A stretch of 64,000 bases of DNA from a virus (taxonomy: Duplodnaviria > Caudoviricetes): positions 31,816 to 95,815 of IMG/VR virus record IMGVR_UViG_3300032247_000689; one strand, written 5' to 3'. The position numbers were made by a program, and so were the translations under genes. Under the pieces are notes generated by a model that was given only the letters and a program-made list of their open reading frames with translations, made no database searches and was not told the origin of the DNA. Below, piece by piece: positions 53,248 to 62,467 of this stretch. Numbering within the stretch: the first letter of the stretch is position 1; the number at the start of each line of letters is the position of its first letter.

Positions 53248-53477
53248 TGTCAGATACAAAGATTATCGTAGATTGCTCTACAGGAGAGCAGAAGATTGTG
53301 GCGCTTACAAGCGCTGAACTAGCACAGCGCGACCAGGATGCTGCAGCAGCTGCTGAAGCACAAGCGGCTCGTGAAGCAGAAGAAGCACGTGTAGCGGCGC
53401 TTAAGGTATCTGCTAAAGCAAAGCTCGTCGCTGGTGAGCCTCTCACAGCAGACGAAGCAGCAGTACTCGTTCTTTAA
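53247..53477 (+). CDS. Fibre-associated small protein
   Basis: TAATG coupling; SAKAKL..LTADEA. Confidence 0.65.
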   Translation: MSDTKIIVDCSTGEQKIVALTSAELAQRDQDAAAAAEAQAAREAEEARVAALKVSAKAKLVAGEPLTADEAAVLVL

Positions 53478-53501
53478 TCCCGCCCCTTTTAAGGAGTCCC
53501 A

Positions 53502-54110
53502 ATGTCAATTAAAAGATTAAGTGGTGCTGGTTTAACCACCCCTAAATCTAATAAACTTTGGGACCAAACTACTTTTCAAAGTGGAATGTTTGCTTTGGCA
53601 ACTATTTCACTTACTAGTGCTCAAGCATCTGTATCATTTAGCGGAATTTCGTCCTCTTATACCCATCTTCAATTACGTGTTATTTCTAGGACAGACGATG
53701 GTGGGCCAGGACAATCTGCAGTTTATCTTCAATTTAACAGTGATACTTCTACTAATTATTCGTGGCATCGTTTATACGGTAATGGAAGCAGTGCTTCTGC
53801 TGGAGCATCTTCAACTTCTACAACTTGGGCTTTAAGTGGGATTGGCGCCTATGCAGCAAACCCTGCCTCTGAATTTGGGGCATCTGTAATTGATATTTTA
53901 GACTACACAAGTACTGTAAAGGCTAAAACTATTAAAGGTTTATCAGGAGAAGATGAAAATGGTGCTGGGTATGTTGGTCTTCACTCAGGTCTTTGGTTTA
54001 AAAACTCTGCTTCTGTGTACGAATCAGTGTCATCTATTCAAATTAAACCTGGTTCAGGAAACTTTGTAGCAAATTCACAGTTTGCCCTTTACGGAATAAA
54101 AACAGCATGA
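53502..54110 (+). CDS. Virion protein, paralog 4
   Basis: YTHLQLR...FALYGIK. Confidence 0.75.
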   Translation: MSIKRLSGAGLTTPKSNKLWDQTTFQSGMFALATISLTSAQASVSFSGISSSYTHLQLRVISRTDDGGPGQSAVYLQFNSDTSTNYSWHRLYGNGSSASAGASSTSTTWALSGIGAYAANPASEFGASVIDILDYTSTVKAKTIKGLSGEDENGAGYVGLHSGLWFKNSASVYESVSSIQIKPGSGNFVANSQFALYGIKTA

Positions 54111-54547
54111 AAACACAAAGAAAACCTTGGAACTTTATTTCTACTACTTGCACAATAGATGGGTGTCAAAAAAAACATGCTGCAAAAGGCATGTGCCAAA
54201 TGCACTACAGAAGAAACTCTCTTTATGGCGACCCTACAGTTATCGTTAATATTGGGAAAAAATACGATGATGGGTATGTTCATATACGTACTACTTCAGG
54301 AAACGGAAAGTTAGGAAAATATACCTACGAACATCGTTTAATTATGGCTGAATATTTAGGGCGTGATTTACTTCCAAACGAATCAGTTCACCATAAAAAT
54401 GGTGTAAGAGACGATAATAGAATTGAAAACCTTGAACTTTGGTCAAAAGTTCAACCAGCAGGGCAAAGAGTTGAAGATAAAATTATGTATGCAGTAGAGA
54501 TACTTAATCTTTATGCTCCAGAACTTTTGCGGGAAAAGGATAACTAA
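54107..54547 (+). CDS. HNH homing endonuclease
   Basis: CTIDGC...CQMHY; EHRLIM..YLGR..VHHKNGVRDDNRIENLELW. Confidence 0.85.
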   Translation: MKTQRKPWNFISTTCTIDGCQKKHAAKGMCQMHYRRNSLYGDPTVIVNIGKKYDDGYVHIRTTSGNGKLGKYTYEHRLIMAEYLGRDLLPNESVHHKNGVRDDNRIENLELWSKVQPAGQRVEDKIMYAVEILNLYAPELLREKDN

Positions 54548-55935
54548 TGGCTATAACAACTACACCAAGTGGTGGTCCTCAAGGAGAGTTTAGTACTTAT
54601 ACTCCTATTTATTCACAGACTTTAAGTAGTGCTGCTGCTTCCATTACCTTTTCTAATATACCTACAACGTTTACTGATTTAGTTATTATTGCTAATTTCA
54701 ATACAGCAACAGGAAATCAATCTACCAATATTACTGTTAACGGAGATACTAGTTCTAATTATTCTTGGACTTATATTTTAGGTAATGGAAGTGCGGCGTC
54801 TAGCAGTAGAGGTTCTTCAGATAGTCGTATTTTTAATGGTTCATCGGCTACTGCAACAAGTGGCAATACCACTAACTCAACTATTCAGTTTCAAAATTAC
54901 TCAAATGCAACAACATACAAAACTATAATTTCACGTTCAAATGCTGCTGATTATTTTACTCAAGCAACGGTAGGGCTATGGCGTTCAACTAGCCCAATTA
55001 CATCTATAACTTTAACTTGCCCCTCTTATAATTATACTTCTGGTTCTACATTTACTCTTTACGGAATCAAAGCAGCAGTAAGCGCTCCTAAAGCAACTGG
55101 TGGAGACCAAGTTTATACAGACGGCACTTATTGGTATCACATTTTTAATAGTTCTGGAATATTTGACGCAAAACAATCATTAACTGCAGACTTTTTAGTA
55201 CTTGCTGGGGGCGGTAGTGGTGCAGGCTATTCTGACGCCTCTGGAGGTGGCGGCGCTGGCGGTTATAGAACTTCTGTAGGAACATCTGGTAGAGGCGCAT
55301 CCGCAGAGTCTCAGTTAAGTTTAAACCCAGTTCAATATCCAATTATAGTCGGTGCTGGTGCGCCTTCTTATGGAATTACTGTTACTTATGATAGTTTTGG
55401 TTACAATGGTTCTAACTCTTCATTTAGCACAATTACCTCTATTGGTGGCGGTGGAGGCGGTAAAGCATACGGATATGCTGGACTTAATGGTGGCGCTGGT
55501 GGTGGCGGTGGTTGGGGTGCTCCTCAACAAGGTGGAGGATTAGGAACTACAGGACAAGGTTACGATGGTGGTGCTGGTTCAGACTACAATGGCTATAACG
55601 GTGGAGGCGGTGGCGGCGTAGGTGCACCAGGAAATAGTCCAAATTCATCCCCATATAACAGCAATGGTGGCGCTGGACTTACATCAACAATTTCTGGTTT
55701 TTCTGTGACTCGTGGTGGCGGAGGCGGAGGCGGACGAGCAAGTGCTGGAGCAGGAATTGCAAGTGGTGGCGCTGGTGGTGGTGGTAATGGAGGTAACCCA
55801 GCAAATCGTCCTACTGCGGGTGCAACAAACACAGGTGGCGGAGGCGGCGGTTCACGCACAGACGCTGGTTGGAACTCTTATGCACAAACAGGTGCAGGCG
55901 GTTCGGGAGTAGTTATTGTGAGGTACACAGTCTAA
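54547..55935 (+). CDS. Virion protein, paralog 5 + Gly-rich domain
   Basis: Shared architecture. Confidence 0.78.
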   Translation: MAITTTPSGGPQGEFSTYTPIYSQTLSSAAASITFSNIPTTFTDLVIIANFNTATGNQSTNITVNGDTSSNYSWTYILGNGSAASSSRGSSDSRIFNGSSATATSGNTTNSTIQFQNYSNATTYKTIISRSNAADYFTQATVGLWRSTSPITSITLTCPSYNYTSGSTFTLYGIKAAVSAPKATGGDQVYTDGTYWYHIFNSSGIFDAKQSLTADFLVLAGGGSGAGYSDASGGGGAGGYRTSVGTSGRGASAESQLSLNPVQYPIIVGAGAPSYGITVTYDSFGYNGSNSSFSTITSIGGGGGGKAYGYAGLNGGAGGGGGWGAPQQGGGLGTTGQGYDGGAGSDYNGYNGGGGGGVGAPGNSPNSSPYNSNGGAGLTSTISGFSVTRGGGGGGGRASAGAGIASGGAGGGGNGGNPANRPTAGATNTGGGGGGSRTDAGWNSYAQTGAGGSGVVIVRYTV

Positions 55936-57269
55936 TGGCTAATACACTTATTCCTATTCAGACTTATACTCTTGGGTCTACATCTACCTCTGTAACGTTT
56001 TCTAATATTCCGCAGAATTACACTGATTTAAAACTTGTTGTAAGCGCAAGGTCATCTGCAACCCCTGCCGAAGGCATGTATGTGTCCTTTAATGGTTCAG
56101 CCTCAAGTTTTACAGGCAAATACCTTCTTGGTGATGGAACAAACGCTACGTCAGGGTCTCTTGCACAATATGTTGGTTCTATATTTGGTGCGGTTGGAAC
56201 CTCAAATGTATTCAACAATACAGAGATATACGTCCCTAATTATACAAGTTCAAACAATAAATCTTTTTCTGTAGATAATGTTGCAGAAAGCAATGGAACG
56301 ACTGGTTATCAAAATATTATTGCAGGTCTTTGGTCTAACACAGCAGCAATTACAAGTATTACACTTACTTGTACAGGATTTTTAACCAACTCTACATTTA
56401 CTCTTTATGGCATTTCTAATGGGGTAAAAGCAACTGGTGGAACACTCATCTGTGCTGGTGGTTATGCTTACCATACCTTTACTTCTACTGGTTCTTTCTT
56501 ACCTAATCAACAGATTAAGGGCGCAGAAGTTTTAATGGTTGCTGGCGGCGGTGGAGGCGGTGCTGAATCTGGCGGAGGCGGTGGAGGCGGCGGATACGTC
56601 TACCAACCTGCTTTAACTTTAACTGCTGGGACTTCTTACACAGCGCTAGTAGGTGCTGGTGGAACTGCAGGTGCTGCAGTTCTCTCAAATGGCGGTACTG
56701 GCTCTCGTTCAGTTTTTTCTACAGTTTCACCTTATGGCGGTGGAGGTGGTGGTACTAACGGAGTAAATGCTGCAGGAACTTACGGCTCTGCTGGCGGTGC
56801 TGGTTCTTCAACTGGTGGAGGAACAACTACTGCAAATGGAACTGCAACTCAAGGATATGCAGGTGGTGCTGGTCAAGGAGTTGGTTCATTTCCTCACCGC
56901 TCAGGCGGAGGAGGCGGAGGCGCTGGTGGCGTAGGAGTTGACGCAACCACTGATGCTGGAGGAAACGGCGGAGTTGGATTTACAACGTACTCAACCTGGA
57001 ATGCAGTAACTGCAACTGGTGTATCAGTTGGAAGTTCTTATTATCTTTGTGGCGGTGGCGGTGGTGGCGGTAATTCATCTGTTAGTGCTGGAGGCGCTGG
57101 TGGTGGCGGCGCAGGTGGTTCAGGAACTGGAAACGGTACTGCAGGAACGGCTAACACTGGTGGTGGTGGCGGTGGTGGAGCAGCATCTGCTAACTACCCA
57201 ACTAACACTCAAGGACAAGGTGCCGCAGGCGGTTCTGGTTTAATTATCGTTCGTTATCCACTGTCTTAA
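55935..57269 (+). CDS. Virion protein, paralog 6 + Gly-rich domain (start ATG 55935)
   Basis: TAATG coupling; shared architecture. Confidence 0.78.
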   Translation: MANTLIPIQTYTLGSTSTSVTFSNIPQNYTDLKLVVSARSSATPAEGMYVSFNGSASSFTGKYLLGDGTNATSGSLAQYVGSIFGAVGTSNVFNNTEIYVPNYTSSNNKSFSVDNVAESNGTTGYQNIIAGLWSNTAAITSITLTCTGFLTNSTFTLYGISNGVKATGGTLICAGGYAYHTFTSTGSFLPNQQIKGAEVLMVAGGGGGGAESGGGGGGGGYVYQPALTLTAGTSYTALVGAGGTAGAAVLSNGGTGSRSVFSTVSPYGGGGGGTNGVNAAGTYGSAGGAGSSTGGGTTTANGTATQGYAGGAGQGVGSFPHRSGGGGGGAGGVGVDATTDAGGNGGVGFTTYSTWNAVTATGVSVGSSYYLCGGGGGGGNSSVSAGGAGGGGAGGSGTGNGTAGTANTGGGGGGGAASANYPTNTQGQGAAGGSGLIIVRYPLS

Positions 57270-57282
57270 GGAAAGGGAATAA

Positions 57283-57807
57283 ATGTCCCGCGCCTGTAGC
57301 CCTGGTGGTCGCTTTACTAGTGACTTTGAAACTCAAGCCATTAATGGCGCCATTACCATGGACCTACGCAATCCTGTAGGAACATTGGCGCAGTGGTGGA
57401 TATTTAACTCTACCCTTACATCTGTAGACCCTATCTACGATACGGGCGATAGCTTGCCAAGTTACACTGGCGGTAAAGTTTGGGACGGCCCTTATACCGT
57501 ACCTATTGTCCGCGCCCTTATTACACAAGGTCAGACAAAGACAAGCCAGCAAGGTTTCTATAACGCTGACTTATTACATCTAACAGTCAACTCTCCAGAT
57601 ATGGAGAAGCTCATTCCTGGCATCATGGCTAACCCAGATGACTTAGGGCGCCATAGAGTTGTATGGAAGAACGAAGTCTGGCGCCCATATCAGGCACAGC
57701 AAAAGGGCATTGTTGCTGAAAACTTTACGCTCCTATCTATTGACTGTATCCAGGTTATGCCTGAAGAGCTTGTCAATGACCCACAATTCTTAGAGTACGC
57801 AAACTAA
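57283..57807 (+). CDS. Putative head-closure/neck protein
   Basis: Position before the tail genes; size. Confidence 0.55.
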   Translation: MSRACSPGGRFTSDFETQAINGAITMDLRNPVGTLAQWWIFNSTLTSVDPIYDTGDSLPSYTGGKVWDGPYTVPIVRALITQGQTKTSQQGFYNADLLHLTVNSPDMEKLIPGIMANPDDLGRHRVVWKNEVWRPYQAQQKGIVAENFTLLSIDCIQVMPEELVNDPQFLEYAN

Positions 57808-57817
57808 GAGGGACTTT

Positions 57818-57961
57818 ATGCCGTTTAAATCACAAGCGCAAAAGGGTTGGATGTATGCTAATCATCCAGAGATGGCAAAGCAATGGCAAGAAGAAACCCC
57901 TAAGGGCAAGAAGCTTCCAAAGAAAGTAGGAAAAAAGAATGGCAAAAGCAAAGCTAGGTAG
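57818..57961 (+). CDS. Small basic protein (MPFKSQAQ family; not in the ORF track)
   Basis: SD GAGGG; MPFKSQAQKGWMYANHPEMAKQW. Confidence 0.65.
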   Translation: MPFKSQAQKGWMYANHPEMAKQWQEETPKGKKLPKKVGKKNGKSKAR

Positions 57962-58106
57962 TGGTGCTCGCTTTAAAGCTGTTGAAAAATCAGCCGCCAA
58001 AAGTGGAGCTGAAGACCCAGCAGCAGTGGCGGCAGCCGTAGGTCGTAAAAAGTACGGACAAAAGAAAATGACAAAGTTAGCCGTAAAAGGCAAGAAAGAC
58101 AAATAA
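57939..58106 (+). CDS. Small basic protein (KLGSGARF...GRKKYG family; not in the ORF track)
   Basis: 55 aa, Lys-rich. Confidence 0.65.
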   Translation: MAKAKLGSGARFKAVEKSAAKSGAEDPAAVAAAVGRKKYGQKKMTKLAVKGKKDK

Positions 58107-58574
58107 TTGAAAACATGTCCTAGATGCAAAGTAGAGCAGACGTTAGAGAGCTTTCATAAAGGTAACGGTTACTGCAAGCCGTGCAAAAAGGAATACGATA
58201 AAACGTATAAAGTTAATTGGAACTTTAAACCGTATAACAGAATCGTGCGATACAAAAGCTATTTAAAGAACCGATACTCGATAACCCTTGAAGAGCTTGT
58301 ATCAATGTATGAATCTCAAGGTGGTGGGTGTTCTATCTGTAATAAAGGGCTACCCCACCCAGCAGATGAGTATGGGGATAGATGGCAATCAAATATTGAC
58401 CATGACCACGCGTGTTGCCCTACAGATACATCCTGTGGGAAGTGCATAAGGGGTCTATTATGTAGAGACTGCAACCTTATGTTAGGGCATTCTAAGGACA
58501 ACTTAGACACCCTAAAAAAGGCTGTAGAATACTTAGAAAGAACTCAAATGAAAGTGGGTACCCAAAATCTGTAG
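58107..58574 (+). CDS. Endonuclease VII-like homing endonuclease
   Basis: CPRC...CKPC; YSITLEE; CSIC; IDHDH...RGLLCRDCN.MLG. Confidence 0.85.
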   Translation: MKTCPRCKVEQTLESFHKGNGYCKPCKKEYDKTYKVNWNFKPYNRIVRYKSYLKNRYSITLEELVSMYESQGGGCSICNKGLPHPADEYGDRWQSNIDHDHACCPTDTSCGKCIRGLLCRDCNLMLGHSKDNLDTLKKAVEYLERTQMKVGTQNL

Positions 58575-58665
58575 CAAATGTGGATGTGGATGCAAGGCTG
58601 GTAAGCCAGCAAAAGGATGCAAGTGCACCTGTGCAACTTGCAAGGCAGCTCGAAAGAAGAAGTAA
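58567..58665 (+). CDS. Cys/Lys-rich micro-protein lacking ATG (ATC start or pseudogene)
   Basis: (I)CSKCGCGCKAGKPAKGCKCTCATCKAARKKK; paralogous to the N-terminus of 58806. Confidence 0.4.
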   Translation: MCSKCGCGCKAGKPAKGCKCTCATCKAARKKK

Positions 58666-58806
58666 ATGGAAAAGAAACTATCACCAAAGCAGATGAAGAT
58701 TGCAGGCGCTGCTAACCCAAAGGACAAGATTACTGGCGCTGACTTCAAGGCTCTCAAAAAGGGCAAGAAAGCTAAGCCAGCCATGAACAGAAAGAAGGGC
58801 ATGTAA
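58666..58806 (+). CDS. Small basic protein (LSPKQ...KITGADFKAL; not in the ORF track)
   Basis: 46 aa; coupled to neighbours. Confidence 0.6.
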   Translation: MEKKLSPKQMKIAGAANPKDKITGADFKALKKGKKAKPAMNRKKGM

Positions 58807-59024
58807 TGTGTAAGTCATGTGGATGTGGCTGCTCAAAGCCCAACTGTAACGGAGCTTGCAAGAAAGCCGATAAGAAGCAAGACGCTAAGGTCATGAAAAG
58901 CATGTCTCCAAAGCAGAAGGCAGCTTTTAAGAAGGCTGATAAGAAGATGGATGCAAAGAATCCGTCAGCTAAGGCAGATGCCAAAATGGACAAGGCGTTA
59001 GCCAAGAAGGTTAAAAAGAAGTAA
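58806..59024 (+). CDS. Cys- and Lys-rich small protein
   Basis: MCKSCGCGC...; KKADKK repeats. Confidence 0.65.
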   Translation: MCKSCGCGCSKPNCNGACKKADKKQDAKVMKSMSPKQKAAFKKADKKMDAKNPSAKADAKMDKALAKKVKKK

Positions 59025-59029
59025 GCGTT

Positions 59030-59052
59030 AGAGGCCCGCGAGGGCCTCTTTT
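59030..59052 (+). terminator. Intrinsic terminator
   Basis: AGAGGCCC-GCGA-GGGCCTCT + TTT. Confidence 0.75.
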
Positions 59053-59134
59053 GCTTTATTCTAATAATAGGTTTTCCGTGCGGAAGACCGAGCTGTACCC
59101 TTGCGATATATACTGCGTCTCTTTAGGAGAAACC

Positions 59135-59290
59135 GTGCCTGAGAAAGATAAGCTGGATAAACCCTCACAGATTCAATTTGCTGAGGCGATTACAGCTAAC
59201 ATCCCAGAGGTGGATAAGTCAGTTCTCGCAATAGCGGTAGCAGCATATATGGCGCCAAAGGTGTACAAGCGTGTCAATAAGAATCGATAG
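59135..59290 (+). CDS. Hypothetical protein (start GTG 59135)
   Basis: SD AGGAG. Confidence 0.5.
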   Translation: MPEKDKLDKPSQIQFAEAITANIPEVDKSVLAIAVAAYMAPKVYKRVNKNR

Positions 59291-59606
59291 CGTTGACTAC
59301 ATCGCGGAAGATGCCGCGGACATTCTCAAAGAACCACTTACTCTAGAGCTTCGTACCATTGCCCATGCTAGCGGTTGGCCATCACGCCTTATAAGCGCTA
59401 TGGAGATTAACTACGAAGATGGCGATTTGGTCATTAACTGGCCCGAAGAACTCAACGAAGATATTGACAATCTAGAGTACGGCGATATTAACAGCCTTCC
59501 TAACTCAGCCATACGCCCTTTTATCTTACGCGCCCCATCTACTATCTCAAAGGTATTAGAGCGTGAATCTCTTGGTCAGCTATTTGTGGCATTGGGGGTT
59601 GTGTAA
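59271..59606 (+). CDS. Putative tail-completion protein
   Basis: LEYG...P...RPF motif; position. Confidence 0.55.
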   Translation: MSIRIDSVDYIAEDAADILKEPLTLELRTIAHASGWPSRLISAMEINYEDGDLVINWPEELNEDIDNLEYGDINSLPNSAIRPFILRAPSTISKVLERESLGQLFVALGVV

Positions 59607-60256
59607 TGGGTAATCCATTTATTGTTGCTGAGGACTTGGCGCTTAAGACGCTTCTTCAAGGACTTATTGTAAAAGACGACAAGAACCAAGCGCGCCCTGT
59701 TAAAGTTTGGTTTGGATACCCTGACGTTGAAATTCGCGACCAGTCTTTTCCTTACATCACTATTGATTTGATTGATATTGTCCCTGGCAACAACCGCCAA
59801 ACCTACGGCTACCTGACTGACAATGATTATCAAGGCACCGTTACACCTGTCAACGGATATGTTTACTCTTATATAACCCCAGTAGCGTATGATTTGGTAT
59901 ATCAAATAACCTCATGGGCGCGACACCCACGCCATGACCGCTCTATACAGCATCAGCTGTTCAATAAGTTTCCATCAAAGTACGGGTACTTAATCGTGCC
60001 TAATGAGCTTGGCACTGAAACCAGTAGCCGTTCTCTATTCCTTGATGGGTTTGTCAAAAGAGATACGGTGGACAGTGAAACTGGTAACCGCCGTCTTTTG
60101 AGAAACGTGTATTCAATCCGTGTAATAAGCCAGATGACGCCTACACAGGCAGCAACTGCTATTAAGCAGGTTGATACCGTTAAAGTTAATGACACTACAT
60201 CGTATATCCCGTCTGGTCTAACAAACGTTCCACTATATGTTAATACGTCAAACTAA
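59606..60256 (+). CDS. Putative tail terminator/completion protein
   Basis: FPYITIDLIDI, YDLVYQI; precedes the sheath gene. Confidence 0.6.
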   Translation: MGNPFIVAEDLALKTLLQGLIVKDDKNQARPVKVWFGYPDVEIRDQSFPYITIDLIDIVPGNNRQTYGYLTDNDYQGTVTPVNGYVYSYITPVAYDLVYQITSWARHPRHDRSIQHQLFNKFPSKYGYLIVPNELGTETSSRSLFLDGFVKRDTVDSETGNRRLLRNVYSIRVISQMTPTQAATAIKQVDTVKVNDTTSYIPSGLTNVPLYVNTSN

Positions 60257-60271
60257 TAAGGAGATTATTTA

Positions 60272-61777
60272 ATGCCAGCGTATCTTCGCCCAGGGGTATA
60301 CGTCCAAGAGACGCTCAACCCTATTCAACCTGTTGTTGGTCCATCTTCGGATTCAGTAGCTGCCTTTGCTGGCGCTAATGACCGTGGTCCAACAACACCA
60401 ACTCTAGTAACTTCATGGAGCCAGTACGTAACAAAGTTTGGTTCTTGGAACTCAGTTGCAAGCAACGACCTTCCAATTGCAGTTTACCTATTCTTTGCTA
60501 ACGGTGGAAACCGAGCATATGTAAACCGCGTTGCGGGCTCAGGGGCTGCAGCAGCCTCTCGTACTCTCAATGACCGCCAGGGCTCACCTGCGGCAACTCT
60601 TCAAGTTAATGCGCTTAACGCAGGTACTTGGGGTAACAGCATCAATATCAGCATTGTAAACTCCTCTACTACAGGGTACTTTAACATTGTTGTTTACTAC
60701 GGTGGTTCTTCTGCCTCAAACATTGTTGAGCAGTGGAATGAGCTTTCAATGGTAAATTCAAACTCTCGTTATGCCATCAATGTAGTAAACGGAAACTCTA
60801 ACTATATTTCTTTGGTAGACCAGAACTCAACTGCTACAGCTCCAGCTGATAATCCATCAGTTGTAACTAATCAAGCTCTTAGCACTGGTGCTAACGGAAG
60901 CGCAATCTCTGGAACAGATATTGCAACATCACTTAGCTTGTACGATACTATCGAACAGTCACTTATCCTAAACGCTCCAAACTTTACAGATGCAACAACC
61001 GTTAACGGCCTCATCTCATATGCAGTTGGTCGCGGTGATGTATTTGTAGTTGTTGATGGCATTGATGATACAGCTGCTAACCAGCTTACTTTGGCTGCTA
61101 GCTACACAGCATCATCCGCTGCGGCTGTCTACTACCCACGCATTACAATTGCAGACCCAACAGTAACTGTCGGCTCACCTGCAGGTGCAACAAAGACTGT
61201 AGGCGCAGCAGGAGCTGTTGCTGGTCTCTTTGCTGCTACTGATGCATCACGTGGAGTCTTTAAGGCTCCAGCTGGTCTTCAGGCTCGTCTTGCTGGCGCA
61301 GTATCAGTTGCCCCACTTACAAGCTCAGAGTTGGATTCTCTTAACAGCGCGTCAGCTGCGGTTAACGCAATCCGCTATATCTCAGGCTCTGGAATCGTAG
61401 TTATGGGCTCACGTACACTTAAGGCTGGGTATGTAGACCGCTACGTCCCAGTTCGTCGTACACTCATCTATCTCGAGAAGTCTCTCAAGGACTTAACTCG
61501 TTTTGCAATCTTTGAACCAAATGATAACCGTTTGTGGAAGCGACTTGATGCCACAGTAAGTTCATTCCTCACATCATTCTGGTCTCAAGGCGGCTTGACT
61601 GGAAACGTTCCATCTCAAGCATTTTTCGTGAAGGTAGACGCTGAGAACAACACTCAGTCATCTGTCGATAACGGAATCGTAAATATTCAGGTGGGTGTTG
61701 CTCTGCAGCGTCCAGCTGAGTTCGTTGTTATCAACATCGGACAGTACAGCGGTGGAACCACCGTTACCGTGGCGTAA
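60272..61777 (+). CDS. Contractile tail sheath protein
   Basis: RPGVYVQE, FFANGG, RGVFKAPAG, YVPVRR, FEPND, PAEFVVI. Confidence 0.95.
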   Translation: MPAYLRPGVYVQETLNPIQPVVGPSSDSVAAFAGANDRGPTTPTLVTSWSQYVTKFGSWNSVASNDLPIAVYLFFANGGNRAYVNRVAGSGAAAASRTLNDRQGSPAATLQVNALNAGTWGNSINISIVNSSTTGYFNIVVYYGGSSASNIVEQWNELSMVNSNSRYAINVVNGNSNYISLVDQNSTATAPADNPSVVTNQALSTGANGSAISGTDIATSLSLYDTIEQSLILNAPNFTDATTVNGLISYAVGRGDVFVVVDGIDDTAANQLTLAASYTASSAAAVYYPRITIADPTVTVGSPAGATKTVGAAGAVAGLFAATDASRGVFKAPAGLQARLAGAVSVAPLTSSELDSLNSASAAVNAIRYISGSGIVVMGSRTLKAGYVDRYVPVRRTLIYLEKSLKDLTRFAIFEPNDNRLWKRLDATVSSFLTSFWSQGGLTGNVPSQAFFVKVDAENNTQSSVDNGIVNIQVGVALQRPAEFVVINIGQYSGGTTVTVA

Positions 61778-61791
61778 GGAGAAATCAATAA

Positions 61792-62442
61792 ATGGCAAGT
61801 AGCACATTAAGCACCTACAACTCAAGCCTAGCGACTGACCCTTTACGCGGGTTTAGGTTCACCGCTAGCTTTACCCCGACCGCTGGCGCAGCCGCCTTTG
61901 ATGCCCGTATCGTTGATACAGGTAACGCAGGAAAGGTACCAGTAAACGGAGTATCAACAGGATGGGTGGGCGGTTTCACTAACATTAGTGGATTGCAGAT
62001 TAACACTCAAAACATTACCTATCGTGAGGGCGGTTACAACACCACTGTCCACCAGATTCCTGGCATGACAACCTTCACACCTATTACATTCACACGTGGC
62101 GTTCTCTACGGAAACGACCAGGCTATTACTTGGATGCGTGGCCTTTTTGCCGCAGCAGCTGGTGCTGGCCTCAACGGAACAGGAAACACTAACCGTAACT
62201 TCCGTTGCGATATCGTTCTTCAGGTTAACGACCACCCAAATACAAATGCATCAGTTGACGCGCCTAAGATGTCATTCAAGATTCACAATGCTTGGATTAC
62301 AGGACTTAGCTACACAGACCTCGATGCAACTAACGGAGCAATCCTATTTGAAACAATGCAGCTAGTACATGAAGGAATTTCTGTATTCTTTACCAAGGCA
62401 GACGGCACACCAGTCGATGGCCTAGGGGCATCTAGCTACTAA
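61792..62442 (+). CDS. Tail tube protein (T4 gp19-like)
   Basis: DPLRGFRF, YREGG, PGMT.F.PITF.RG, LDA....ILFETMQLVHEG. Confidence 0.9.
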   Translation: MASSTLSTYNSSLATDPLRGFRFTASFTPTAGAAAFDARIVDTGNAGKVPVNGVSTGWVGGFTNISGLQINTQNITYREGGYNTTVHQIPGMTTFTPITFTRGVLYGNDQAITWMRGLFAAAAGAGLNGTGNTNRNFRCDIVLQVNDHPNTNASVDAPKMSFKIHNAWITGLSYTDLDATNGAILFETMQLVHEGISVFFTKADGTPVDGLGASSY

Positions 62443-62467
62443 TCAATAAATAAAAGGAGCACAATAC

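Noticed and set aside
54107-54547. Group I intron around the HNH gene
   Set aside because: The ORF abuts complete flanking genes with no room for intron core structure; it is a free-standing endonuclease.
49383-57269. Diversity-generating retroelement
   Set aside because: No reverse transcriptase and no near-identical TR/VR pair differing only at adenines was seen.
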